A stretch of 63,008 nucleotides of DNA, filler included, from Octopus bimaculoides (GCF_001194135.2; 5 parts of 4 records of this genome joined end to end with filler, not necessarily neighbours in it), one strand, 5' to 3'. Shown: positions 28,244 to 39,922, counted from the whole stretch's first letter. A program made the numbers and translations. Notes: generated by a model not told the origin, from the letters alone.

Positions 28244-29140
28244 AATTTCTGAATCCCATAATTTACTGCAGGTAAGCAAAATCTGAATCCTTTATTGATA
28301 GAAAATCAGTAAAATATTATTACCATACATTTTTACTGCTCCAAATGGAAGTAGAGCAGACTACCAAAGTGCATTATTGTCTGTGTAGTGTTCCTATGGA
28401 ATTGGTCCTTTCAATTAGTTTCCAGGCATGTTTTATACTAGAAAATGTACTGAATGTTATGAATGTGGCAAACTTATTTTATTATGGCATGTGATGAAAT
28501 AGGAAGAAAATGTGTTGTCACATGTGATTAAACCACTTGATACCAACCTGCCTGAAACCACACCTAGTTCTTGATACAAACTTCTACTTTTAACGAGATC
28601 GAAATCTAAAGATTCCATCAAGATTTCATGTTCATTTATGTTCCAAACACCAGCTTAACACTTTCAGTTATTTTACAACTAAATTCTTCATTTTTTTCAA
28701 TCTTAATTGAAACAAAGGCAGTGTTGTGTATTTCATCAGAAATAGGGCAACAAAAGTGTGAAATAAAGGAAATAGAATTTTCAAATATAGAGAATTAAAG
28801 TTCATTAACATTTCAAATGTAATCATCTCATCTTTTTTTCAGACATCATCATCGTCGTTTAACGTCCGCTTTCCATGCTAGCATGGGTTGGACGATTTGA
28901 CTGAGGACTGGTGAAACCGGATGGCAACACCAGGCTCCAATCTGATTTGGCAGAGTTTCTACAGCTGGATGCCCTTCCTAACGCCAACCACTTATCCAAT
29001 GTGGCCTTCCTTAAGACAACATTTGATGGAGATTTGACAACTATTTCAAGCAGGTCATGCAACAACAAAGAGGTTCTGTCAATGCAGAAGGCCAAACAGA
29101 TAAAACAATAACAGCTTGTATAGAAAATTATGGGACTCAC

Positions 29141-29211
29141 CTTTTTTGAATGGCTTCTGAGACAAATTTCTGCAGTATATGACTGAGAAATGTGAAATAG
29201 TTTCGCCGTAA
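29141..29211 (-). CDS. TERT: TERT exon, start of RNA-binding region: (C)YGETISHFSVIYCRNLSQKPFKK
   Basis: Strong acceptor tttctctttttcaccttgtacag, donor AAG|gtgagt, phase 2 in and phase 1 out, in frame with the linker exon. IYCRNL resembles the FLY/ILYS motif that precedes the CP motif in TERTs. Confidence 0.65.
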
Positions 29212-29752
29212 CTGTACAAGGTGAAAAAGAGAAATTAAAATGTTATACCGAGGAAGGATTTAAGATTAAATTACATAATGGTAGAGTCATGACAGTTATA
29301 AAACTACTTATGCATTGTTATATATATATATTCACTTCCACTTTGTTATTTTTATTATTGTGTATATATTATACAGTAAAGTCTTTTACTGTACATTTCC
29401 AACTTAGTATCACATGCACTTATAAAACTGTTCATTGAATTAGTATGTAAGTGGCTGAGTACTACTACTTTTAATGTTCACTTCCCAGGGAACTACTTAG
29501 CCCTACCATTTTTACCATCTTCCTTTCCTTGCACCACATGACAAGATCAGGTGTGTTGATGGCAAAAAGTGGGAAGTGATATTTACCCTCAAGGTCCTCA
29601 GAGACCTCCCAAATCCCGACCTCTTTTGGATAAATTTCTCTTCCTTACAGTAAGCTGGCTTGCAATGTTTACCTTCTCTGTAAAACTTAATGTTTCCATG
29701 CTCCACTAAATTCAACATAAAAAAAACAAACAAAAAAATTCTTGTGTGTTAC

Positions 29753-30590
29753 CAGTAAGGATTGAACTTGAGATTCAACAGCGGACAGTGGGAAATAGTG
29801 CTTGAACGGTTCCTTTTGCCCCTCCTGGTTTTCTTGGTGGTCTTTGACACTTCACCATCATGATTATCAGCAATCACACCCAACAACCTCCAACCATCAA
29901 CTGTACTACTTGGCTGATCCAATGGGTTTCCGTTGCTATTCATATTGTTCGCATCACTCTTATTACAGCTGCCATTCTTACTAATGTTGCTATTGTTGCT
30001 ATCATTACCTTTGGCTATGCTCTTACTGCAATCACTACTGATATCATTGCTGCCTGTGTTGCTGTTGCTATTTCTGTTAGAAGTGATGCAACTACTAATA
30101 ACACCAGTGTTGTCAGTGGTATTGCTGTTGCTAATGCCAGCGACACAGCTGCTAACTGTATTAATAAGGCTAGTGGCATTGGTGCTGCTATAGTTGGTAG
30201 AAGTAACATTAGTTTTTGTACCAACATTGTTGTTGCAAACAGTGCTATCAGAGACATTGTTGCAAATGATATCAGTATCACTGGTGAAGCTGAAGTTGCA
30301 ATTGTTCTCAACATTAAAATTGTTGCTCAAGATATCACTCCTGCTGTTGACACTAGGGTTACTGATAGGAGTAACGTTGTCATTAGTTTTCTTACCATTA
30401 CCATCATTGTTGCTAATGTTTCTGGCACAGCTGTTGCTAATTTTGTCATTGTTGGAGCCAGTGCCCACTTTACTAACACCAGTATTGCTATCAACATTGT
30501 TGCTGTTATTAGTACTGGTGTTTTTGCAAATATTAACTATTTTAAAGTGTGTTTGAGAATTTAGAGGAATGAGATCATATATAGCTGTCC
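29753..30590 (-). CDS. TERT: TERT large exon: end of GQ motif (GTAIYDL) plus Asn/Ser/Thr-rich linker and basic KKTRRGKR motif
   Basis: 838-bp open frame, acceptor ctcttctattcag, donor CTG|gtaaca, phase 1 in and phase 2 out, matching both neighbouring exons. Confidence 0.78.
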
Positions 30591-31003
30591 CTGAATAGAA
30601 GAGGGGGTAGAAAAATAGAGAATGGAAAAAGTTAATTAAGTGAACCAACAATTTAAAAGTATTTCAACATTTTTATGACTATATTTCTAACAAAATACTC
30701 TTCTTATGTTTTAATTACTTTCAAAAGATATCTAGATGGATTCAATAAAGTAACTAACTTTTTTCATGTTCATCTAAAGCTTGGAAAATAACAAAATGTT
30801 CTTTCATAAAATTATGATGGCAACTTATAATTTAAAATTCAAATATTTTAAAACAGATAGTTTTTGTATTAAAAAAGAGTTAATTCTAAATTAAGGAATA
30901 TATCATATTTAGTTAAACATCTTTCAAAAAAGATTTTTTTTTTTAAATAACAGAGAGCAAACAATCACCTAAACATTTTTTTTTTAAATAAATTATTTAG
31001 AAT

Positions 31004-31204
31004 TATGAGGGTGAGTCAAAAAAATAATGCCATTTTGTTTAGGACAGGTATAATTACCAACGCAGGAACATGTATCTTACATCAAAATGAAGCTGGTCCT
31101 CTGTGGATCACATCCCTACTTCTCAACATAGTCACCGTTTCTCTCAATAGCAATGTTCCACCTTCGAATGAGAGCATGTATCCCTGCCCCGTAAAATTCT
31201 ATTG
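31004..31204 (-). mobile_element. Mariner transposase C-terminus and terminal repeat
   Basis: IEFYGAGIHALIRRWNIAIERNGDYVEK* matches the mariner C-terminal GIxxLxxRWxxxIxxxGDYVE motif. Confidence 0.8.
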
Positions 31205-32150
31205 NNNNNNNNNNNNNNNNNNNNNNNNNNNNNNNNNNNNNNNNNNNNNNNNNNNNNNNNNNNNNNNNNNNNNNNNNNNNNNNNNNNNNNNNNNNNNNNN
31301 NNNNNNNNNNNNNNNNNNNNNNNNNNNNNNNNNNNNNNNNNNNNNNNNNNNNNNNNNNNNNNNNNNNNNNNNNNNNNNNNNNNNNNNNNNNNNNNNNNNN
31401 NNNNNNNNNNNNNNNNNNNNNNNNNNNNNNNNNNNNNNNNNNNNNNNNNNNNNNNNNNNNNNNNNNNNNNNNNNNNNNNNNNNNNNNNNNNNNNNNNNNN
31501 NNNNNNNNNNNNNNNNNNNNNNNNNNNNNNNNNNNNNNNTTACGTGCCACCGGCATGAAGGCCAGTCAGGCGGTACTGGCAATGGCCACTCTCAAAATGG
31601 TGTATTTCATGTGCCACCCTCACAAGAGCCAGTCCAGGGGCACTGGCAATGATCTCGCTCGAAAGTCCTTACACATGCCACAGGCACAAGTGCCAGAAAG
31701 GCGACGCTGGGCACAGGTGCCATCACGATTTCGCTTTCGCTTGCCCCAATAGGTCTTCGCAAGCTGAGTTTCGTGTCCAATGAAGGAGACGTGTACATGC
31801 ATTTTTTGTTTGTGTCTATTCCCCATCACTGCTTGGCAACCAGTGTTAGTATGTTTATGTTCCCATAACTTAGCAGTTTGGTAAAAAGACCTTAGTAGAA
31901 TAAGGACTAGGCTTTAAAAAGCAATAACTACTGGAGTTGATTCATTTGACTAAGATTCTTTAAGGTGGTGCCCCAGCATGGCCACAGTTTAATGACTGAA
32001 ACGAGTAAAAGAATAAAACAATTATATGTTCCTCTGTAAATTTCTATTTCCATTTACTTTTACCACAATCACTCGCATCCACTCTCATATGATTCTGAAG
32101 GGAATTTGTCACTCACAAATGTCTTCTTTCTCAATCAAGTAAGGACTTAC

Positions 32151-32236
32151 CAGTCAATTGAATACAAGCAGATGGTTTAATTGTCATGAACAATGCATGC
32201 TGCCCTAATAAAATCAGCATCTTTTCAACACCAATT
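32151..32236 (-). CDS. TERT: TERT TEN/GQ exon: IGVEKMLILLGQHALFMTIKPSACIQLT(G)
   Basis: Acceptor tttatattctgcag, donor CTG|gtaagt. Aligns by eye to human TERT [29 protein letters not shown]. Confidence 0.88.
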
Positions 32237-32340
32237 CTGCAGAATATAAATACACACGCATAAATATATAAGTGTACTGTTTACTTGATGGTGGAATCAG
32301 AATAAAAGTACTCAAACCAGCAAGAGATAAGTTTCATTTA

Positions 32341-32450
32341 ATGCTAACAAGCCACATCTGGAGTCTGAAGAACAACAATATACCACACACCATCAAGTGG
32401 AGCATGGTGGAGAGATCTAGACCATAAATTATGGCCTCTAGCCTGGTAAG
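32341..32450 (+). mobile_element. Small Penelope-type GIY-YIG region relic inside a TERT intron
   Basis: LTSHIWSLKNNNIPHTIKWSMVERSRP resembles the LSKxIWxLKxxNxxYxIKWxI segment of PLE endonuclease domains. Confidence 0.5.
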
Positions 32451-32631
32451 TAAAGTTTCACTCATAAACTCACAATAACTCCAAAAGAGAGTCATGAGAA
32501 AGAAAATGAGAGAGAGAGACAATGAAACAGAGAAGGAGAGTGAATGAAAGGAAGATAAAAGGATAGAGGAAGAGAGGAAATAAAAAAAAAAGAAAAAGAG
32601 TCCATTGACCATCAAAAAGTTTATTACTTAC

Positions 32632-32747
32632 AAGTACAAAAGATGAGTCCAATTGGATGACTTGAGTTGGTTGACCATGAAATTGGGGAAGGAACAATCT
32701 ACACCGGTATGAACACTTGACTGAGCATTGGTGCTGTAACAAGTCGG
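32632..32747 (-). CDS. TERT: TERT TEN exon: PTCYSTNAQSSVHTGVDCSFPNFMVNQLKSSNWTHLLY(L)
   Basis: Acceptor ctttcctgtttctttgatag (alternative at 32733), donor CTT|gtaagt, phase 2 out. FPNFMVNQLKSSNWTHLL corresponds to human LPNTVTDALRGSGAWGLLL. Confidence 0.85.
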
Positions 32748-33453
32748 CTATCAAAGAAACAGGAAAGTCATTAGTTGAAACAGACACAAGAGAGGGTTAA
32801 TTAGTATTTAACATGATGTAGATAATTACCATTGAATTTCAACGAAAATATATTTCTGTTAGTACCGCCTGACTGGCCTTCGTAGGATTTTCGAGCGAGA
32901 TCGTTGCCAGTGCCCCTGGACTGGCTCTTGTGCGGCTGGCACATAAAATACACCATTTTGAGCGTGGCCGTTGCCAGTACCGCCTGACTGGCCTTCGTGC
33001 GGGTGACACGTAAAAGCACCCACTACACTCTCTGAGTGGTTGGCGTTAGTAAGGGCATCCAGCTGTAGAAACTCCACCAAATCAGATTGGAGCCTGGTGT
33101 AGCCATCTGGTTCCACCAGTCCTCAGTCAAATCGTCCAACCCATGCTAGCATGGAAAGCGGACGTTAAACGATGATGATGATGATGATGATTCAAAGTGT
33201 ATCTGGACAAATTTTTATCTGAAATACCAGATGAACCCACATCACAGCAGGAGGCACAAAGAGGAGCAGCTTCATCCAACTTGATACTTCACCAAAAACA
33301 GTGCAGAAAGGAGGCTCAAAAACACTGAAAGGTAGTGCTCCAGCATGGTCCCAGCCTCTAGCTGAACCCAGTAATAGATAAAAGAATATGAAGATTTGTT
33401 TGTATCCATGTGAGAAGTAAATCCTGATAACTGCAGTGCAGTAGCATTAATTA

Positions 33454-34182
33454 CTCTTTTACTTGTTTCAGTCATTTGACTGTGGCCATGCTGGAGCACC
33501 GCCTTTTAGTCGAGCTAATCGACCCCAGGACTTATTCTTTGTAAGCCTAGTACTTATTCTATCGGTCTCTTTTGCCGAGCCGCTAAGTTNNNNNNNNNNN
33601 NNNNNNNNNNNNNNNNNNNNNNNNNNNNNNNNNNNNNNNNNNNNNNNNNNNNNNNNNNNNNNNNNNNNNNNNNNNNNNNNNNNNNNNNNNNNNNNNNNNN
33701 NNNNNNNNNNNNNNNNNNNNNNNNNNNNNNNNNNNNNNNNNNNNNNNNNNNNNNNNNNNNNNNNNNNNNNNNNNNNNNNNNNNNNNNNNNNNNNNNNNNN
33801 NNNNNNNNNNNNNNNNNNNNNNNNNNNNNNNNNNNNNNNNNNNNNNNNNNNNNNNNNNNNNNNNNNNNNNNNNNNNNNNNNNNNNNNNNNNNNNNNNNNN
33901 NNNNNNNNNNNNNNNNNNNNNNNNNNNNNNNNNNNNNNNNNNNNNNNNNNNNNNNNNNNNNNNNNNNNNNNNNNNNNNNNNNNNNNNNNNNNNNNNNNNN
34001 NNNNNNNNNNNNNNNNNNNNNNNNNNNNNNNNNNNNNGACACACAAACATATACACACACACATATATATACGACGGGCTTCTTTCGGTTTCCGTCTACC
34101 AAATCCACTCATAGACACGCAGTGGGACTGAACCCGGAACCATGTGGTTGGTAAGCAAGCTACTTACCACACAGGCACTCCT
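33454..34182 (-). mobile_element. SINE family A, full-length copy spanning an N gap
   Basis: The two ends flank gap 33590-34037 and are colinear with 1-318. Confidence 0.85.
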
Positions 34183-34519
34183 ACGAAAATTTTCGAAAAT
34201 TTTCTGCATTTTTTTAGGGTTTTTTTTCATAGTGTATCATTTATATAAAAGTTAACAACAATAAAATTATTGACATATATACATACCTCTCTGAATCCGA
34301 GTGTGAGAACATTTTGTAGGCAGCTAGTCTGGTTTCTGAATTTCTGAAATAAGCAAAATAACAATAACAACAACCATATCTACTATAGGCACAAGGCCTA
34401 AAATTTGGGGGGAAGGGGCTAGGTGATTACATTGACCCCAGTGCTAAACTGGCACTTATCTTATCAAACCCATAAAGACGAAAGGCTAAGTCAATCTTGA
34501 CAGAATTTGAACTCAGAAT

Positions 34520-34842
34520 GTTGTTGTTGTTGGCACTCCGTCACTTACGACGTCGAGGGTTCCAGTTGATCCGATCAACGGAACAGCCTGCTCGTGAAAT
34601 TAACGTGCAAGTGGCTGAGCACTCCACAGACACGTGTACCCTTAACGTAGTTCTCAGGGGATATTCAGCGTGACAGTGTGACAAGGTTGACCCTTTGAAT
34701 TACAGCCACAACAGAAACAGGAAGTAAGAGCGAGAGAAAGTTGTGGTGGAAGAGTACAGCAGGGTTCGCCACCATCCCCTGCCAGAGCCGCTTTAGGTGT
34801 TTTCGCTCAATAAACACTCACAACGCCCGGTCTGGGAATCGA
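34520..34842 (-). mobile_element. tRNA-derived SINE family C (cut by gap), inserted in a family D copy
   Basis: Nearly identical to 45161-45538, with an (AAC)n tail. Confidence 0.85.
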
Positions 34843-37737
34843 NNNNNNNNNNNNNNNNNNNNNNNNNNNNNNNNNNNNNNNNNNNNNNNNNNNNNNNNNN
34901 NNNNNNNNNNNNNNNNNNNNNNNNNNNNNNNNNNNNNNNNNNNNNNNNNNNNNNNNNNNNNNNNNNNNNNNNNNNNNNNNNNNNNNNNNNNNNNNNNNNN
35001 NNNNNNNNNNNNNNNNNNNNNNNNNNNNNNNNNNNNNNNNNNNNNNNNNNNNNNNNNNNNNNNNNNNNNNNNNNNNNNNNNNNNNNNNNNNNNNNNNNNN
35101 NNNNNNNNNNNNNNNNNNNNNNNNNNNNNNNNNNNNNNNNNNNNNNNNNNNNNNNNNNNNNNNNNNNNNNNNNNNNNNNNNNNNNNNNNNNNNNNNNNNN
35201 NNNNNNNNNNNNNNNNNNNNNNNNNNNNNNNNNNNNNNNNNNNNNNNNNNNNNNNNNNNNNNNNNNNNNNNNNNNNNNNNNNNNNNNNNNNNNNNNNNNN
35301 NNNNNNNNNNNNNNNNNNNNNNNNNNNNNNNNNNNNNNNNNNNNNNNNNNNNNNNNNNNNNNNNNNNNNNNNNNNNNNNNNNNNNNNNNNNNNNNNNNNN
35401 NNNNNNNNNNNNNNNNNNNNNNNNNNNNNNNNNNNNNNNNNNNNNNNNNNNNNNNNNNNNNNNNNNNNNNNNNNNNNNNNNNNNNNNNNNNNNNNNNNNN
35501 NNNNNNNNNNNNNNNNNNNNNNNNNNNNNNNNNNNNNNNNNNNNNNNNNNNNNNNNNNNNNNNNNNNNNNNNNNNNNNNNNNNNNNNNNNNNNNNNNNNN
35601 NNNNNNNNNNNNNNNNNNNNNNNNNNNNNNNNNNNNNNNNNNNNNNNNNNNNNNNNNNNNNNNNNNNNNNNNNNNNNNNNNNNNNNNNNNNNNNNNNNNN
35701 NNNNNNNNNNNNNNNNNNNNNNNNNNNNNNNNNNNNNNNNNNNNNNNNNNNNNNNNNNNNNNATATATGTCTGTGTTTGTTCCCCCCAACATCACTTGAC
35801 AACCGATGCTAGTGTGTTTACATTCCCGTAACTTAGCGGTTCGGCAAAAGAGACCGATAGAATAAGCACTAGGCTTCCAAAGAATAAGTCCTGATAGTGG
35901 TGATGGTGATGATGCTGATAGAGATGATGACGATGACGGACAATTACACTGATGATGGCAATGACAATGGTAACAACAACAACAACAATGATAACGATGA
36001 GAAATAATTAGTGAAAGTCATTACGGCTATTAGATATAGAAGGACCTCATTCTGTGTAGACGCTTGACAATCAGACTGTAGCCACATCAGCCTTGAGCGA
36101 TCATATGGTGTAGCAACAAGTGTCTCCTCTAGGAAGGTTTCAAAACTGTAATAAGTAGGAACAACAAAAACTTATGAAAGTATATATATTACATCACATC
36201 AGATCATGCTTATCATTATTATTATTATTATTATTATTATTGAATGAGAGAGCAGTGCATGCCATCAAAGTGACACTGGGGTACAAATATACAAAGCCTA
36301 ATATACCCATCATGACTACCCGTCTGATAAGGGTACACCGGGCACATGCATCACAACCATGTGTGCGCGACATGGTGATCTCATATCAAGATAAACAGCA
36401 CATGACCTCGCAGGTGGGGCCCAGTTATAATTTTCTTCAGGTCGAGTAGCCCATCCTGCTCAAAAGGTCCCTGAATAAGGTTTGTTTAAGGATGTTGAGC
36501 AAAACACCCATGTTTCCAAAGGTGAATTANNNNNNNNNNNNNNNNNNNNNNNNNNNNNNNNNNNNNNNNNNNNNNNNNNNNNNNNNNNNNNNNNNNNNNN
36601 NNNNNNNNNNNNNNNNNNNNNNNNNNNNNNNNNNNNNNNNNNNNNNNNNNNNNNNNNNNNNNNNNNNNNNNNNNNNNNNNNNNNNNNNNNNNNNNNNNNN
36701 NNNNNNNNNNNNNNNNNNNNNNNNNNNNNNNNNNNNNNNNNNNNNNNNNNNNNNNNNNNNNNNNNNNNNNNNNNNNNNNNNNNNNNNNNNNNNNNNNNNN
36801 NNNNNNNNNNNNNNNNNNNNNNNNNNNNNNNNNNNNNNNNNNNNNNNNNNNNNNNNNNNNNNNNNNNNNNNNNNNNNNNNNNNNNNNNNNNNNNNNNNNN
36901 NNNNNNNNNNNNNNNNNNNNNNNNNNNNNNNNNNNNNNNNNNNNNNNNNNNNNNNNNNNNNNNNNNNNNNNNNNNNNNNNNNNNNNNNNNNNNNNNNNNN
37001 NNNNNNNNNNNNNNNNNNNNNNNNNNNNNNNNNNNNNNNNNNNNNATTATTATTATTATTATTTTTTCATGGGTGATTTTCCATGCTTACATGAGTTGGT
37101 CAGGTCTTATTCAAGATAGCATCCAATTGACATTTGCTGTAGTTTCTTATCAATTCTGCTTTTATTATTATAATTAATAATAATAATAAAGGAGTTACGA
37201 CGCAAAAACGTATATAATTAAATGAACAAATTTATCTTCTTCAATATATATTTCAGTATAAAGAATTCATTAAGAGACTTAATAAATCAAAATTCCTTTA
37301 CACATCTTCAGGAAAAATAAATTAGCTTACCAATTATTTTTGTTGGTAGTTAATTTACAATATAATTAATAATAATAATGATGATGACTTCAAATTTTGA
37401 CACAAGGACAGTAATTTTAGGGGTGATTGTAAGTCGATTACATTGACCCCAGCGTCCAACTGGTACTTGTTTTATTGACCCCAAAAGGATGAAAGACAAA
37501 GTCAATCTCAGTGGCATTTGAACTCAGAATGTGAAGATGGACAAACTGCAAATTTTCATACAAGGCCAGCAACTGTAGGAGAGGGGTGGCTAGTCAATTA
37601 CATTGACCCTAGTACATGACTGGTACTTTATTTTATCAACCATGAAAAAGTGAAAGGCAAAATCAACCTGAACAGAATTTCAACAGAACGTTGAGATAAA
37701 ACAAAATACTTAGTTGCATGTTGTCCAGCATGCTAGC

Positions 37738-37783
37738 ACAATGTTTCGACTGATATACCCTCCTCCAGCCTTCATCAGGTGTC
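37738..37783 (-). ncRNA. Minimal type I hammerhead-ribozyme-like motif (probably inactivated), in a Penelope-type terminal fragment
   Basis: Minus strand reads GACAC CTGATGA A GGCTG [13 nt] CAGTC GAAAC AT T GTG: both core boxes, a 5-bp stem II and a 3-bp stem I. Confidence 0.5.
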
Positions 37784-39838
37784 TTGGGGAAATTTCGAAC
37801 CTGGGTTCTCATTCCTAAGGTATTTTTCAATGTCATTATTATTATTATTATCCAGGTCTCATAATTAACTATTTCAGTGAAATCAGACAATTTGTTAAAA
37901 AAATTCACTTTATTTTTGTTCTTCATGTTCAGTGTGTTAAAAGTGTATGAATTAAAGATTTTTTTATTAATTTTATTTTAATTCCTCTTGAATCCCACTC
38001 ATTTGTACACGACAGCATTTTTTCAGTTTGCCCAGGATCATTTTCTCTTCCTCCTCCCACAGGATGCAGCGATAGTTCAGCTAAACTTAAAGAATGCATT
38101 CAATTCGCAGTGCAGGGAGATAACTCCTGAAATGCTTCAAAATGTGTTNNNNNNNNNNNNNNNNNNNNNNNNNNNNNNNNNNNNNNNNNNNNNNNNNNNN
38201 NNNNNNNNNNNNNNNNNNNNNNNNNNNNNNNNNNNNNNNNNNNNNNNNCTTGTGGATTTTCCGAATGCCTCCCCCACCATTGCTCTCCGAACATTTTTGT
38301 TTTCAGATTCGTTTTGTACACCTTTTTCTTTTTACACCTGTTGCACTAGTTTTTTTTTTCAATTTCGTTTCCAGGTAACAATGTCAACATTAACTACAAA
38401 TTAGTTTCCATGTGCGTGACAGCACGTCAACTGTAAACACATGAAATCGTATTACTAATAATACAGAATTTTCGATGTCAGTCTTGTTTTCTTCATACGT
38501 TTATATAGTAGCAGACTGGGTCTAACAATATTGGTTGCCAGGAGACTAAGGTTAATACTGATTGCCAGGAGACCACGGTTAATATTGATTGCCAGTTATA
38601 TTGATATAACTTAACACCAGATAAATAGTATTATTCACCCTCACAACCTTATATTATTTTTTATGTAGGGGATAAAAAACAAAATTTAGATCTCTTCAGA
38701 TTTTTTTGAAAAGAAAAATTATCAAATTTGATATTAGTGTGGGGAAAAAATTGACATGGAATCCAACAGATAAAAGAATATTAACACCAGTACCTGTCGC
38801 CTGATTGTGTTACAAAGTTTAATAGTTTTTGGCTATCTCACTCCCATTAAAAAATTGGACTATCTCCCCCAACTAAAAAAATTGTTTAACCCTAAATAAA
38901 ACAAAGAATAATGAAAAATTAATAAAAACAAAAGTGGAAAGATTACGCATCTTATTGAATCTGATAATACTTTTATAACAAATCTCTCAGCTACATTTTG
39001 TTCTCTAAAAAGGTACGTGTCTATTTTTTCTATAAGCGTATCACAATGACTTATTCCATACTTCTGCACTTAGCTTTTATCTTCACTTTTCTTAAATTGG
39101 ATACGTTTGCTATTAAGTTGCAGAACTTTGGCAGTACAGTTACAAATCATTTCTGTTTTACTTCTTACATACAATTTCCAGTAAACTCTTACAGCTTCAT
39201 TTTTTGGTGATGATTGAAATATCAAACATTTTCTAACTGTTAAAGCAATTCTTAACATCAACTTCTTGATGCCTCTTCTATTTTTTCCTAGCCCCCATAC
39301 TTACCGTTTTCTGCGAAGATATTTTGGAAAGACTTCCCCACCACATTTTCTCCCAAATATATTTATTAAAAAATTTTTTTTTTTTTTTTGCCAAAAATCT
39401 CCGTTTTCGGATACAGAGGTTATATTTTCATAGGTCTAAAACTCAAAATGCACAGTGTCTCCACCTACCTGAAGTATGATCTTTGGATCCATACAGTGTC
39501 TCCATCTAGCTGATCAATCGATTGTACATTCCAATATTCAGGGTTTAATTGTAACCAGTCATACTGTTATAAGCAGAGTAATGTAGATAACTTAAAGAAA
39601 CAACATGCCTGTTGCCAGGTTTGTTAGTGCCAAGAAGAATATTTAGCTATAAATAATACCTTAGATAACTGAAGTTTCCAATATTTTGTTATTTTAGGTG
39701 GGTCATAAACGGGCTTGTTCAAGAATTGGCTGGAGCTACTCAGCCATGGGCTTTTGTATATAGTTGTTTACCTCATTTGATAATTTTTTAAAAACTGTTT
39801 TTGTTTTTTCATTTTCTAGTATCTTCCAGTAAAGAAAT

Positions 39839-39922
39839 ATGGCTACTGAAAAAATTACTGATGAAAATTTGAATGGTGATATTTACAGTATTGTAAAATT
39901 AATTAATGAAACTCCAGATAAA
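39839..39922 (+). CDS. Ankyrin-repeat protein, first coding exon MATEKITDENLNGDIYSIVKLINETPDK
   Basis: In-frame stop just upstream of the ATG, donor AAA|gtaagt, phase 0. GDxxxIVKLI continues into the next exon as an ankyrin repeat. Confidence 0.65.

Noticed and set aside
28330-28437. Next TERT exon (SIKHAWKLIERT...)
   Set aside because: Needs phase 2 but the preceding exon ends in phase 1, and all frames hit stops.
29512-29733. 73-aa minus ORF as a TERT exon
   Set aside because: Its acceptors give a stop when joined to the phase-2 donor at 29753. The 29211 acceptor gives a clean join.
29860-30564. Plus-strand 234-aa and 86/120-aa hydrophobic ORFs
   Set aside because: Antisense shadows of the AAC/AGC-rich TERT linker exon. 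The splice signals support only the minus frame.
38790-38890. TERT 5' exon (LNFVTQSGD resembling LVQRGD)
   Set aside because: Good acceptor but stops in all three frames.
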